From an uncultured Chitinophagaceae bacterium (GTDB lineage Bacteria > Bacteroidota > Bacteroidia > Chitinophagales > Chitinophagaceae), in contig CAYZDJ010000005.1 of the NCBI GenBank assembly GCA_964477265.1, forward strand, positions 158,659 to 222,658: a stretch of DNA of 64,000 nucleotides, given 5' to 3'. Numbering within the stretch: position 1 is the first letter of the stretch; the number at the start of each line of letters is the position of its first letter. Shown here piece by piece: positions 1-8,720 of the stretch. Position numbers and translations under genes: made by a program. The notes below the pieces were generated by a model, which worked only from the letters and a program-made list of their open reading frames with translations, did no database searches and was not told the origin of the DNA.

Positions 1-521
1 TTGAAACGAGTTTATTTAACCAATATAGATTTAATAATAAATTAACTATTTCTTTAAAAAATTTTGTTGATGTAACCAACAATGGTAAAGGCTTTGCAGG
101 CAATGACAATGGTAATATTATTATTGGATTAAGGAATAGAATTGTAGTTGAAAATACTTTTAATGTCAAGTATAATTTTACCAATAAAATGGGTTTAAGT
201 TTTAGAGCAAGACATTATTGGAGCAATACTAAACACGATGGGTATGTTGCTTTGCAGCAAGATGGGAGTGAGGTAGATTATACAACTGTCAACAAAATTG
301 GTCATTCAAACTTCAACTTTTTTAATATAGATATGACATACACATGGCAGTTTGCACTAGGCAGCTTCATCAATATAAACTGGAAAGATGCTTCTATGTA
401 CAGTATGCAGGAGTTAGGTTATTTCAATAATTTACACAACACTTTGTCTGCTGCACAAAACAATAATTTTAGTGTTAAAATAATTTACTTCTTGGACTAC
501 CTTAATTTGAAGAAAAGATAA
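1..521 (+). CDS. DUF5916-like beta-strand-rich outer-membrane/carbohydrate-binding family protein, C-terminal part (5' end upstream of window)
   Basis: Frame 3 is open from nt 3 to the TAA at 519-521, so the listed ORF 189..521 is only the part after an internal Met. RHYWS, NFNFFNIDMTYTWQF and SVKIIYFLDY segments resemble the C-terminus of Bacteroidota DUF5916 proteins (recognised by eye). Confidence 0.5.
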   Translation, partial: ETSLFNQYRFNNKLTISLKNFVDVTNNGKGFAGNDNGNIIIGLRNRIVVENTFNVKYNFTNKMGLSFRARHYWSNTKHDGYVALQQDGSEVDYTTVNKIGHSNFNFFNIDMTYTWQFALGSFININWKDASMYSMQELGYFNNLHNTLSAAQNNNFSVKIIYFLDYLNLKKR

Positions 522-531
522 ATATACTGGT

Positions 532-563
532 AAAAAAAGAGGCTGCATTTGCAGCCTCTTTTG
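532..563. terminator. Bidirectional rho-independent terminator between convergent genes
   Basis: Perfect 9-bp stem AGAGGCTGC (538-546) / GCAGCCTCT (551-559) with loop ATTT. An A-run lies upstream and a T-run downstream. Confidence 0.75.
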
Positions 564-577
564 CTTAGCGATTATTG

Positions 578-1495
578 TTAGTGAATCAAATGTGCTTCAA
601 TAAAATTGCCGCTTCCATCAAACTCAACAACATATTTGCTATTGCTTGCATCTATAAATGCTACATATCTTTTAATGCTTCCATTTACGCTTACTTTAAA
701 TGCCTGTTTTAATGTATAACCAGTATAAGTTGTGGTTAAATACGTTGTGGCATTTGCAGGTAAATCAGCTTCTGCAATAGGTGTAATTTTTCCAAAGCAG
801 CCACAGTGGTGCATCAATACACGTTTTACCAGCACATTGTTTTTGTTAAACACATTGGCATATAATCCATTTGCAGTTTTTGTAATTACCACAATATTGC
901 TGTCTCTTGTTATAAATGCTTTTACAATGGTGTCTGTAGTAAATGTTGCAGTAATATAATTTGTAATGGCTGTTGGCAAATTATTCAATGCAATAGTATC
1001 TCTGTTCTTTCCATCACGTCCATCAAAGCAACCACCAGCATGAAATTTGCGATTGTGAAAAATGTCTATGCCTTGCCTTAATTCAAGCACTTTAACAAAG
1101 TTGCCATTAGCGTCAAACTTAATAGCAATAGGCTTTTCGTTAAGTGTTATAATGGCAACATAGCCAATTATATTACCATTGGCATCAGTAATTTGCACAG
1201 CACCTTTTGCAGTAAAACCAGCATAATTTGTAGATAGATAATCTGTAATGGTTGATGATAAGGTAGTAAAATCAATTTTGGTTTTTCGTTCATTTCTGTT
1301 GCAGGTATTAACTGCATAAACCGAGTCTTCACGGCTTGTTGAACTTGAGTTTGTTGTTCCAACAGCTACAGCCTGCACTCCATCAAGCTGCACAATGGCA
1401 TCTGTTTCTGTAGAGCTTGTTGCATCTGTGTTTTTTTTGCAGGAAGTTGTAAGCAATGCAATGCCTATACATCCTAAGATGATTAACTTTTTCAT
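578..1495 (-). CDS. Lipoprotein with three tandem PepSY-like (putative beta-lactamase-inhibitor-like) repeats
   Basis: Signal peptide plus lipobox (LLTTSC). Three ~85-aa repeats: ITDYLSTNYAGFT...FDANGNFVKV, ITNYITATFTTDT...NKNNVLVKRV, TTYLTTTYTGYT...FDGSGNFIEA. Confidence 0.6.
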   Translation of the reverse strand: MKKLIILGCIGIALLTTSCKKNTDATSSTETDAIVQLDGVQAVAVGTTNSSSTSREDSVYAVNTCNRNERKTKIDFTTLSSTITDYLSTNYAGFTAKGAVQITDANGNIIGYVAIITLNEKPIAIKFDANGNFVKVLELRQGIDIFHNRKFHAGGCFDGRDGKNRDTIALNNLPTAITNYITATFTTDTIVKAFITRDSNIVVITKTANGLYANVFNKNNVLVKRVLMHHCGCFGKITPIAEADLPANATTYLTTTYTGYTLKQAFKVSVNGSIKRYVAFIDASNSKYVVEFDGSGNFIEAHLIH

Positions 1496-1702
1496 AATGC
1501 TAAAATTTAATTGATGAATAAAAAGATTGGAGAAATAAGAATAATTGTTTTTACTTTTTTGCTAGCGTAGTAAAGGGTTACTAAAAATTATTCATTAAAA
1601 TGGTTTACAGAAAAGAGACTTTGGCTTTTTAAAATAGTTTAAAAATAAAATGCAAAAAAAATGTTAAAAACAAAAATGTAACTAGTTGTGATAAGTTGTC
1701 TT

Positions 1703-2551
1703 TTATTTTTGAACTGCCATTATCATTCTATCTTTTCCTTGCAAATCTTTTATGATGGTTGGTTCAAAACCTTTGCTGGTAAATATTTCAGCAGTTTCTT
1801 TTCCAAGTGTTTCATTTATTTCCACATAAATTTTTCCTTTGCTGTTTAAATGTGTTGTGGCAAATGCTGCAATCTTTCTATAAAAAACCAATACATCATT
1901 ATCAGGTGTAAACAAAGCCAGGTGTGGTTCAAAGTCTAACACATTTTTTTTCATTTCTGCTTTCTCTTCAATACTTATATAAGGTGGGTTGCTTACTATC
2001 AAATCAAATAATGGCAAGGCTTTCCATTGATCTTCATTTAAAAAATCAAGTTCACTAAAATTAATTTCTGTGTTAATGCTTGCTGCATTTTGTTTGGCGA
2101 TATTCAATGTTTCATTGCTAACATCAATTGCAGTAACTGCTGTATTGGGCAATGTTTTTTTTAATGAAATAGCAATGCAACCACTGCCTGTACCAATATC
2201 TAATATTGAAATTTTTTTATTTCCATTTTCTTTCACAATCAAATCAACCAGCTCTTCAGTTTCAGGTCGGGGTATTAAAGTGTTTTCATCAACCAAAAAT
2301 TTGTTGCCATAAAACCAGGCATAACCTAAAATTTGTTGCAATGGTTTGTGTTGTAACAATTGCTGCAATGCAGTATCAATAAGCGTTTGTTGATGTTGAG
2401 TAAGTTCAAAGTTGCTGTTAATTAATCTTTGCGTTTTAGATAAGCCTGTATATTCCTCAAGCAAAATGCTACAAATGTTTTTTGCCTCTCTTTCTTCATA
2501 TACACTTTTTAGTTGTTGAATAATATGTTTACTTGCCTGTTGCAAATTCAT
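1703..2551 (-). CDS. prmC: Peptide chain release factor N5-glutamine methyltransferase
   Basis: DIGTGSGCIA SAM-binding motif and the NPPY catalytic motif (VSNPPYI). Length and layout are typical of PrmC/HemK. Confidence 0.9.
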   Translation of the reverse strand: MNLQQASKHIIQQLKSVYEEREAKNICSILLEEYTGLSKTQRLINSNFELTQHQQTLIDTALQQLLQHKPLQQILGYAWFYGNKFLVDENTLIPRPETEELVDLIVKENGNKKISILDIGTGSGCIAISLKKTLPNTAVTAIDVSNETLNIAKQNAASINTEINFSELDFLNEDQWKALPLFDLIVSNPPYISIEEKAEMKKNVLDFEPHLALFTPDNDVLVFYRKIAAFATTHLNSKGKIYVEINETLGKETAEIFTSKGFEPTIIKDLQGKDRMIMAVQK

Positions 2552-2597
2552 AATTGCAAAGTAGCGTGGTTATATTACTTTTACCAACTTTATTACA

Positions 2598-3209
2598 ATG
2601 AGTATTATTCCCAAAGATTTTTATTTAACTATTGCACAGTCCAGCATTGCAGAGTATAAGGATAGAGGCAGCAAGTTTATTGCTTATGCCTATCCTGTAA
2701 AATCTGTTGATGAATTTAAAGTTGCATTAAAGCAAACAAAGGAATTGCACCCAAAGGCCAATCATCATTGCTTTGCATATAAAATTGGCTTAACCAATAA
2801 TGTATTCAGAGTTAGTGATGATGGAGAACCAAGTGGCAGTGCAGGAAGACCAATTCTAAATGCCATTGAAAGCAAGGAAATAACGGATGTGCTAATTGTT
2901 GTGGTAAGGTATTTTGGTGGAACTTTATTAGGTGTGCCTGGTTTAATAAATGCTTATAAACATACGGCATTGCTGGCTTTGCAGGTAACACCTATTATTC
3001 AAAAGCCTATTTTAAATGTATATGAATTGCAGTTTGATTATACTTTAAAAAATAGCGTTATGAATATTGTTAAACAATTAAGTTGCGAAGTGATAGAGAA
3101 TGAAAATCAACTTTTTTGCATTATGAAAATTGGTGTGCAAACTAGTAAAGAAGCTGATTTTATTCATAGATTAAAAGATTTCCATACGCTTGCTTTTAAA
3201 AAGATATAA
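2598..3209 (+). CDS. yigZ: YigZ/IMPACT family protein
   Basis: DRGSKFIAYAYPV, HHCFAYKIG, DDGEPSGSAGRPIL and VVVRYFGGTLLG motifs of UPF0029/IMPACT N-terminal domains. Confidence 0.8.
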   Translation: MSIIPKDFYLTIAQSSIAEYKDRGSKFIAYAYPVKSVDEFKVALKQTKELHPKANHHCFAYKIGLTNNVFRVSDDGEPSGSAGRPILNAIESKEITDVLIVVVRYFGGTLLGVPGLINAYKHTALLALQVTPIIQKPILNVYELQFDYTLKNSVMNIVKQLSCEVIENENQLFCIMKIGVQTSKEADFIHRLKDFHTLAFKKI

Positions 3210-3260
3210 GCTAATTATTAACAAACTAAATTTTAACAACCAAGCATTTGTAAGTAACAA

Positions 3261-3268
3261 TACATTTG
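3261..3268 (+). promoter_or_regulatory. Candidate Bacteroidota -7 promoter box (TACATTTG) for trxB
   Basis: Matches TAnnTTTG. It ends 24 nt upstream of the ATG at 3293. Confidence 0.35.
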
Positions 3269-3292
3269 CCCGTAAGAGACAGAAAATATATA

Positions 3293-4222
3293 ATGGAAAA
3301 AACACATTTACTAATTATTGGAAGTGGGCCAGCAGGATACACTGCTGCAATTTATGCTTCTCGTGCAGGTATTAAACCTGTTTTGTATCAAGGTATTCAA
3401 CCTGGTGGTCAGTTAACTATTACTACAGAAGTTGAAAATTATCCTGGCTACCCAGATGGTATTCAAGGGCCAGAAATGATGGTACACTTTGAAAAGCAGG
3501 CAGCACGTATGGGTGCAGATATTCGTTATGGATTGGTGACAAAAGTTGACTTTAGCAAACAACCTTACCAGGTTGAAATTGATGAAGAGCAAACTATTGA
3601 AGCAGATGCTGTAATTATTTGTACTGGTGCAAGTGCAAAATGGTTGGGCATTGAAAGTGAACAAAGATTGAATGGGTTTGGTGTAAGTGCTTGTGCTGTT
3701 TGCGATGGTTTTTTCTTTAAAGGAAAAGAAGTTGCAATAGTTGGTGCTGGCGATACTGCTGCTGAAGAGGCATTGTACTTATCTAAACTTTGTACAAATG
3801 TGCACATGATAGTGCGAAGCGATAAAATGCGTGCCAGCAAAGTGATGCAGGACAGGGTATTGAAAACACCTAACATTAAAGTTTACTGGAATAGTACAAC
3901 TGATGAAATTCTTGGAGCTAATAAGGTTGAAGGAGTAAGAATACATAATACATCGGAAAATAAAAAAACAGAAGTGCCCATCAGTGGTTTTTTTGTAGCT
4001 ATTGGACACAAACCAAACAGCGATTTATTTAAGGGCTTTGTTGATATGGACGAAGCTGGCTATATTAAAACTATTCCAGGTACTACCAAAACAAATGTTG
4101 AAGGTGTTTTTGCTGCAGGAGATGTGCAGGATAAAATTTATCGTCAGGCAGTAACCTCTGCAGGAAGTGGCTGTATGGCTGCGTTAGATGCAGAAAGGTA
4201 TTTGAGTGAGAAATTTGGCTAG
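3293..4222 (+). CDS. trxB: Thioredoxin-disulfide reductase
   Basis: GSGPAGYTAAIYA FAD-binding motif, CAVCDG redox-active disulfide and GAGDTAAEEA NADPH motif. Start moved to the Met of MEKTHLLIIG (listed ORF begins at 3266). Confidence 0.93.
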   Translation: MEKTHLLIIGSGPAGYTAAIYASRAGIKPVLYQGIQPGGQLTITTEVENYPGYPDGIQGPEMMVHFEKQAARMGADIRYGLVTKVDFSKQPYQVEIDEEQTIEADAVIICTGASAKWLGIESEQRLNGFGVSACAVCDGFFFKGKEVAIVGAGDTAAEEALYLSKLCTNVHMIVRSDKMRASKVMQDRVLKTPNIKVYWNSTTDEILGANKVEGVRIHNTSENKKTEVPISGFFVAIGHKPNSDLFKGFVDMDEAGYIKTIPGTTKTNVEGVFAAGDVQDKIYRQAVTSAGSGCMAALDAERYLSEKFG

Positions 4223-4247
4223 TTATAAATTGTAAATTGTATTTAAA

Positions 4248-4284
4248 CCTTTGCGTCTTAGCTTCTTTGTAGCTTTGCGTGAAA
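4248..4284 (+). promoter_or_regulatory. CTTTG[CT]G repeat element, copy A; fits a -33 TTTG / -7 TAGCTTTG promoter for lgt
   Basis: Sequence cctttgcgtcttagcttctttgtagctttgcgtgaaa. TTTG at 4250-4253 is followed 16 nt later by TAGCTTTG (4270-4277), which ends 33 nt before the lgt ATG. Shares taagacgcaaagg with the copy at 34394-34461 and ctttgtagctttg[c/t]gtgaaa with the copy at 29345-29430. Confidence 0.45.
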
Positions 4285-4310
4285 CAAATCGTACATCGTA
4301 AATAGAAAGA

Positions 4311-5597
4311 ATGTATCCGAATTTATATTATATTTTTAAAGATTGGTTTGGGGTAGATTGGCAGGTGCTAAAAATATTTAACACGTTTGGTTTTTTTGTA
4401 GCCATAGCATTTATTGGTGCTGCGGCTGTTTTAACATCTGAATTAAAGCGTAAGCAACGTTTGGGCTTATTTACTTTTACCGAGAAAAAAATAATGATTG
4501 GTGAACCTGCAAGTGCTGTTGATTTATTCATCAATTTTTTATTAGGCTTTGTTTTTGGTTACAAAATAATTGGTGTGCTCATTACTTCTGGTGCATTAAA
4601 TAATCCTCAGGAATATCTTTTATCAAGTCGTGGCAATCTTTTAACAGGAGTTTTTATAGGTCTTGCTGCATTAAGTTACAAATATTATGAAGTAAATAAA
4701 GTTAAGCTTGCAAAGCCTGAGGAAAGGACAATAAGGATATGGCCACATGATAGAGTAGGTGACATGGTAGTTTATGCTTTCATCTTTGGATTTCTTGGGG
4801 CAAAAATTTTTCATAACCTTGAAAACTGGAATGAATTTGTTAAAGACCCTATTGGTAGTTTAATTGCATTTAGTGGGCTTACTTTCTATGGTGGATTAAT
4901 TTGTGCAGCTGCAGCTATTTATTATTACGCAAAAAAACACAATATAAAATTCACTCACTTATGCGATGCCTTTGCACCAGTTTTAATGCTTGCCTATGCT
5001 ATTGGTAGAATTGGCTGCCAGGTAAGTGGCGATGGTGATTGGGGCATTATAAACAGTGCATTTATTAATGAGGCAAATCATTTTGCAACGCCAACTGCAC
5101 AGCAATTTCATGATGCAGTAATGCAAAACCATGGTTATTATTTTAGGGCTGGAAGTGGTATAACAAGTGTCGAGCAAATACACCATTTAGCAGTGCAGCC
5201 AGTAAGTTGGTTACCTAATTGGATGTTTGGTTATACTTATCCTCATAATGTAGTGAGCGATGGTATTAAAATGGCAAATTTTAGTGGTGAATATTCCAAT
5301 GCGTTACCAATTGCAGTTTTTCCTACACCATTTTACGAAACAGTTGTTTCTACCATTTTCTTTTTTGTTTTATTTGGACTGAGAAATAAAATTAAAACAG
5401 AAGGAGTAATGTTTGGATTGTACTTAATGATGAATGGGTTTGAAAGATTTTGGATAGAAAAAATTAGAGTTAACACTACTTACAGCATTTTGGGTTTTCA
5501 TCCCACACAAGCCGAAATTATTGCCACACTTTTATTTATTAGCGGAGCAGCATTAATATTTATAATGAAGAGAAAGGTACAGAGCAAAAACTTATAG
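4311..5597 (+). CDS. lgt: Prolipoprotein diacylglyceryl transferase (long Bacteroidota form)
   Basis: GRIGCQVSGDGDWG and FPTPFYETV motifs in a multi-pass membrane protein. Confidence 0.85.
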   Translation: MYPNLYYIFKDWFGVDWQVLKIFNTFGFFVAIAFIGAAAVLTSELKRKQRLGLFTFTEKKIMIGEPASAVDLFINFLLGFVFGYKIIGVLITSGALNNPQEYLLSSRGNLLTGVFIGLAALSYKYYEVNKVKLAKPEERTIRIWPHDRVGDMVVYAFIFGFLGAKIFHNLENWNEFVKDPIGSLIAFSGLTFYGGLICAAAAIYYYAKKHNIKFTHLCDAFAPVLMLAYAIGRIGCQVSGDGDWGIINSAFINEANHFATPTAQQFHDAVMQNHGYYFRAGSGITSVEQIHHLAVQPVSWLPNWMFGYTYPHNVVSDGIKMANFSGEYSNALPIAVFPTPFYETVVSTIFFFVLFGLRNKIKTEGVMFGLYLMMNGFERFWIEKIRVNTTYSILGFHPTQAEIIATLLFISGAALIFIMKRKVQSKNL

Positions 5598-5616
5598 TAT
5601 AAAAAATTAAACAACT

Positions 5617-5646
5617 AAAAAAGCACAACAATTGTTGTGCTTTTTT
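5617..5646. terminator. Bidirectional rho-independent terminator (lgt / secG convergent)
   Basis: Perfect 18-nt palindrome GCACAACAATTGTTGTGC (5623-5640) flanked by A6 and T6. Confidence 0.75.
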
Positions 5647-5673
5647 AATTAAATATATTTTAGTAAAACTAAA

Positions 5674-5979
5674 TTATTTTGCTGGTGCTGCTGGTGCAGA
5701 TGTTGGTTTTACTTTTTGAATAGCGTCATTGGCTTCTTTATTAGTTGCTTTACCGCTACCTAAAAATAAAGTTGAGGTAATTGCTAAAATAGCAATTGCA
5801 CTTGCAAAAATCCATGTGCCTTTTTCCAATACATCTGTAGTTTGTTTAACACCCATTAATTGATTGCTAACGCCACCTACACTGCTGTTTAAACCACCAC
5901 CTTTAGGGTTTTGTATTAATACTATAAAACCTAAAGCCACAGCTGCTAATACAATAAGAATTACGAATAATGTTGTCAT
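5674..5979 (-). CDS. secG: Preprotein translocase subunit SecG
   Basis: N-terminal TM followed by LIQNPKGGGL, the hallmark SecG motif. A second TM is present and the size is ~100 aa. Confidence 0.85.
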   Translation of the reverse strand: MTTLFVILIVLAAVALGFIVLIQNPKGGGLNSSVGGVSNQLMGVKQTTDVLEKGTWIFASAIAILAITSTLFLGSGKATNKEANDAIQKVKPTSAPAAPAK

Positions 5980-5980
5980 T

Positions 5981-7297
5981 TTAAATGCCTTTTAGTTCTT
6001 TTATTTTGGCTGCGAAATAAGCGGTTTTATCTGGTAATAAAAAACTTAATTTTATATACAGCTGAATTGCTTTTTCATTTTTGCCTTGCTTGGCAAAAAT
6101 TTCAGCCATGGTTTCTGTTACAATTTCTTTGCTTTGGTTGCTTGATGCTGCAATGTTTTGAATAGCCTTGTCCAATTCTGGGTCTTCTTCAACCACCATA
6201 TTTTCAGGCTTCACGTTTTTCATTTTCTTTAACCAGTCGGTAAACTTTAACATTTTAGTTGTAAGCTTATCGTGTGGTTCCTTGTTGTAATCAAACTTTA
6301 TTCCCTGCGAAGCAAAGTAATCTATAGTATAATATGGTTCAGATTCAAAAGGCAATAATGCATTGGCAAAATCTTCTTTTGGTTTGTCCCAATCTGCCCT
6401 AAGTGAAGGCATGGCAATATTTGCTTCAATTACTTTTTCTGGAACTGCTTCTGCAATAGAAATATTTTCTGCTACTAATGGTTGTTGTTCTTCTTGAGAA
6501 ACTGTTTGTTCAACTGTAGTATTATGTTCTTTATGCCAATTGGCTTTTAAAGCAGCAATCTGTGCATGAATATCATTTCCTGGTTCGGTAGCAATAATAT
6601 TTTCTGCAACTTGCTGAGCAGGTAAAATATTTTCGTTAACTGTTTCTTCAACTTTAGTGTTATTGGTAAAATGTTCTATAGCAGGTTGGCTAATATATTC
6701 TGCAGCAGGTTTTTCTTTTATTTCTTCACTTTCCTTTTCTTCAACATCAATTTTTTGCATTGGCTTAAATGGCTGAAAAGTTTGCGTTGGTGCTAATATT
6801 TCTGTAGCACCTTCTTTCTTTTCATCTATGCCATTCATTATGGTTTTAACTTCTTCTACAGTTGGTATGTTCAATGTTGCCATAAAATCCTGCCTTTCTG
6901 TTTCGTCCTCAACAGCAACAGGATTCCTGATTTCAATAGTATTTGCAATAGTTTCAGCAGTTTTTGCTTCTTGTGCAATAATGTCCTTTGCTTCTGCTAC
7001 AGCTTTGTTTTCATCTAATTTTATTTCTTCTTTGGCCGTAGGCTTAATGGCATTTGCACTAATGTCCATTAGCTGGTATTGCAACCACCTTGCATTGTTA
7101 AAAAACAAACCAGCTTTTTGAATTTGTGTTTGTAACTGATAGCTGTTATCGCTTTTAAGCTTTGCAGCATATACCAATTGTGCAGGAACAAAATATGGAT
7201 ATTCAGCAATCAATTCCTGCATTTCCTTTTGAGAGGTATGTTTAATATCATGCTTGCCAGTTACAAATTGTATGGTATCAAATAATGCTTTATTCAT
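5981..7297 (-). CDS. Hypothetical protein with acidic low-complexity centre and TPR-like C-terminus
   Basis: 438-aa ORF packed between lptE and secG (1-nt and 16-nt gaps). N-terminal AEYPYFVPAQLVYAAKL motif, E/K/A/T-rich middle, C-terminal FAKQGKNEKAIQLYIKLS helix pair. Confidence 0.6.
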   Translation of the reverse strand: MNKALFDTIQFVTGKHDIKHTSQKEMQELIAEYPYFVPAQLVYAAKLKSDNSYQLQTQIQKAGLFFNNARWLQYQLMDISANAIKPTAKEEIKLDENKAVAEAKDIIAQEAKTAETIANTIEIRNPVAVEDETERQDFMATLNIPTVEEVKTIMNGIDEKKEGATEILAPTQTFQPFKPMQKIDVEEKESEEIKEKPAAEYISQPAIEHFTNNTKVEETVNENILPAQQVAENIIATEPGNDIHAQIAALKANWHKEHNTTVEQTVSQEEQQPLVAENISIAEAVPEKVIEANIAMPSLRADWDKPKEDFANALLPFESEPYYTIDYFASQGIKFDYNKEPHDKLTTKMLKFTDWLKKMKNVKPENMVVEEDPELDKAIQNIAASSNQSKEIVTETMAEIFAKQGKNEKAIQLYIKLSFLLPDKTAYFAAKIKELKGI

Positions 7298-7313
7298 TGG
7301 GTGTTTTTATGTT

Positions 7314-7826
7314 TTACCATTTAGAAAATAACTTATTGAAAATTTCGTCTGTTATAGATGGCACAACTTGTTCATCAATCAGTCTTCCTTCTGCTTCCTG
7401 CAATGTTTGGTTTGCACTAAAGTCAAAATTTCTTGTAACATCAAATTCATCAGTCTTATTTTCAATAATATCTTTTACAATTAAATGCACGGTTACAGTA
7501 AGCCTGTTTGTTGTGGTTTGCTGATTGCTTACACCAACAGTTTGCGATGGATCGTAATTAGAAATATAACCACTCAATTGCAGATGTGCATCATCATTGT
7601 TAGTTCTTATAAGTTTGGTTTGATTAACAATTTTTAGTTGTATTTTATCAGTAAGCTTAGTGCTTAATTGTGGGTTAATGTATCGTGCCTTGTTTTCTAT
7701 AAAGCCAATTTTTATGGTTTTATATTTATTGTAATCAATGGAAACATCTTTAAACGAATACACGCCACAACTTGTGCAGCATACAAATAGTATGGTACAG
7801 ATGTAAAATAGTTTATAAAACTTCAC
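7314..7826 (-). CDS. lptE: LptE family LPS-assembly lipoprotein
   Basis: Lipobox followed by CGVYSF, then KTIKIGFIENKA...NPQLS, LSGYISNYD, NRLTVTVHL and C-terminal DEIFNKLFSKW, matching the Bacteroidota LptE pattern. Confidence 0.7.
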   Translation of the reverse strand: MKFYKLFYICTILFVCCTSCGVYSFKDVSIDYNKYKTIKIGFIENKARYINPQLSTKLTDKIQLKIVNQTKLIRTNNDDAHLQLSGYISNYDPSQTVGVSNQQTTTNRLTVTVHLIVKDIIENKTDEFDVTRNFDFSANQTLQEAEGRLIDEQVVPSITDEIFNKLFSKW

Positions 7827-7909
7827 TTTGAAATTTTTGTAAATATGATTGTATTTGCTTGCTAAAAAAAATATGTGAAAAAATATTTTGTTAAAACTAA
7901 AAATATTAG

Positions 7910-7917
7910 TATTTTTG
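7910..7917 (+). promoter_or_regulatory. Candidate -7 promoter box (TATTTTTG) for the XRE/S24 repressor gene
   Basis: Matches TAnnTTTG. It ends 18 nt upstream of the ATG at 7936. Confidence 0.4.
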
Positions 7918-7935
7918 TATCTAAAATTATTAGCT

Positions 7936-8691
7936 ATGAGTTTTGCATCAAAAAATTTTCGCTACTTACGCAAATTAAAAGGCTGGACACAGGAAGAATT
8001 TGCCAACAGGTTAGACATCAAACGTTCTTTAGTAGGAGCCTACGAAGAAGAACGTGCTGAACCCAAGCTTGAAGCTATGGAACGCATTTGTAAAATTTTT
8101 AAAATTACTTTAGACGATTTAATTTTAAAAGATTTATCTGCTCCAAAAGCTACAAGCTATTTAGAGCAAAGGCGGGGTTTAAAAATGGCAAAGGAAACAA
8201 ATGGAGTAATTCAATTTGTACCAGCAAAAGCAGCAGCAGGCTATCTTGCAGGTTATGCTGATGAAGATTTTATTGACGAATTAAACACATTTACATTGCC
8301 AATGCTTGCAAGTGGTACTTATCGTGCATTTGAAATTATTGGCGATAGTATGATGCCAACTCCAAGTGGTAGTGTAATAGTAGGAGAGAAGGTTGATGAT
8401 ATGGAGGAAGTAAAGACAAGCAATACTTATGTGGTATTATCTAAACAAGATGGTGTGGTTTATAAAAGAGTTGTAAAAAACAATAAGGCAAAAAATAAAA
8501 TTACTTTGGTAAGCGATAATCCAAGCTACGAACCATATAATTTAAATGCTGAGGACGTTTTAGAAATGTGGAAAGCTGTTTATATTTTGCAAAAAGTAGG
8601 TAGTGTGCAGCGTTGGGATGTAGGTCAGCTTGCTGGTATGGTAAATAATTTACAAGCCGAAGTTGCAACTTTACGAAAAGGGCTAAGTTAG
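7936..8691 (+). CDS. XRE-family HTH / S24 peptidase (LexA-like, self-cleaving) transcriptional repressor
   Basis: N-terminal HTH (LRKLKGWTQEEFANRLDIKRSLVGAYE). C-terminal S24 fold with GDSMMPT (Ser nucleophile) and VVYKRV (Lys). Start set at MSFASKNF rather than the hydrophobic extension listed from 7888. Confidence 0.8.
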   Translation: MSFASKNFRYLRKLKGWTQEEFANRLDIKRSLVGAYEEERAEPKLEAMERICKIFKITLDDLILKDLSAPKATSYLEQRRGLKMAKETNGVIQFVPAKAAAGYLAGYADEDFIDELNTFTLPMLASGTYRAFEIIGDSMMPTPSGSVIVGEKVDDMEEVKTSNTYVVLSKQDGVVYKRVVKNNKAKNKITLVSDNPSYEPYNLNAEDVLEMWKAVYILQKVGSVQRWDVGQLAGMVNNLQAEVATLRKGLS

Positions 8692-8720
8692 TTTTTATAA
8701 ATATTAGTTTACTATGATAT

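Noticed and set aside
3190-3375. 61-aa ORF bridging yigZ and trxB, and the N-terminal extension of trxB from 3266
   Set aside because: It overlaps two well-supported genes out of frame. The trxB Rossmann fold begins right after the Met at 3293, and the -7 box at 3261-3268 would lie inside the extension.
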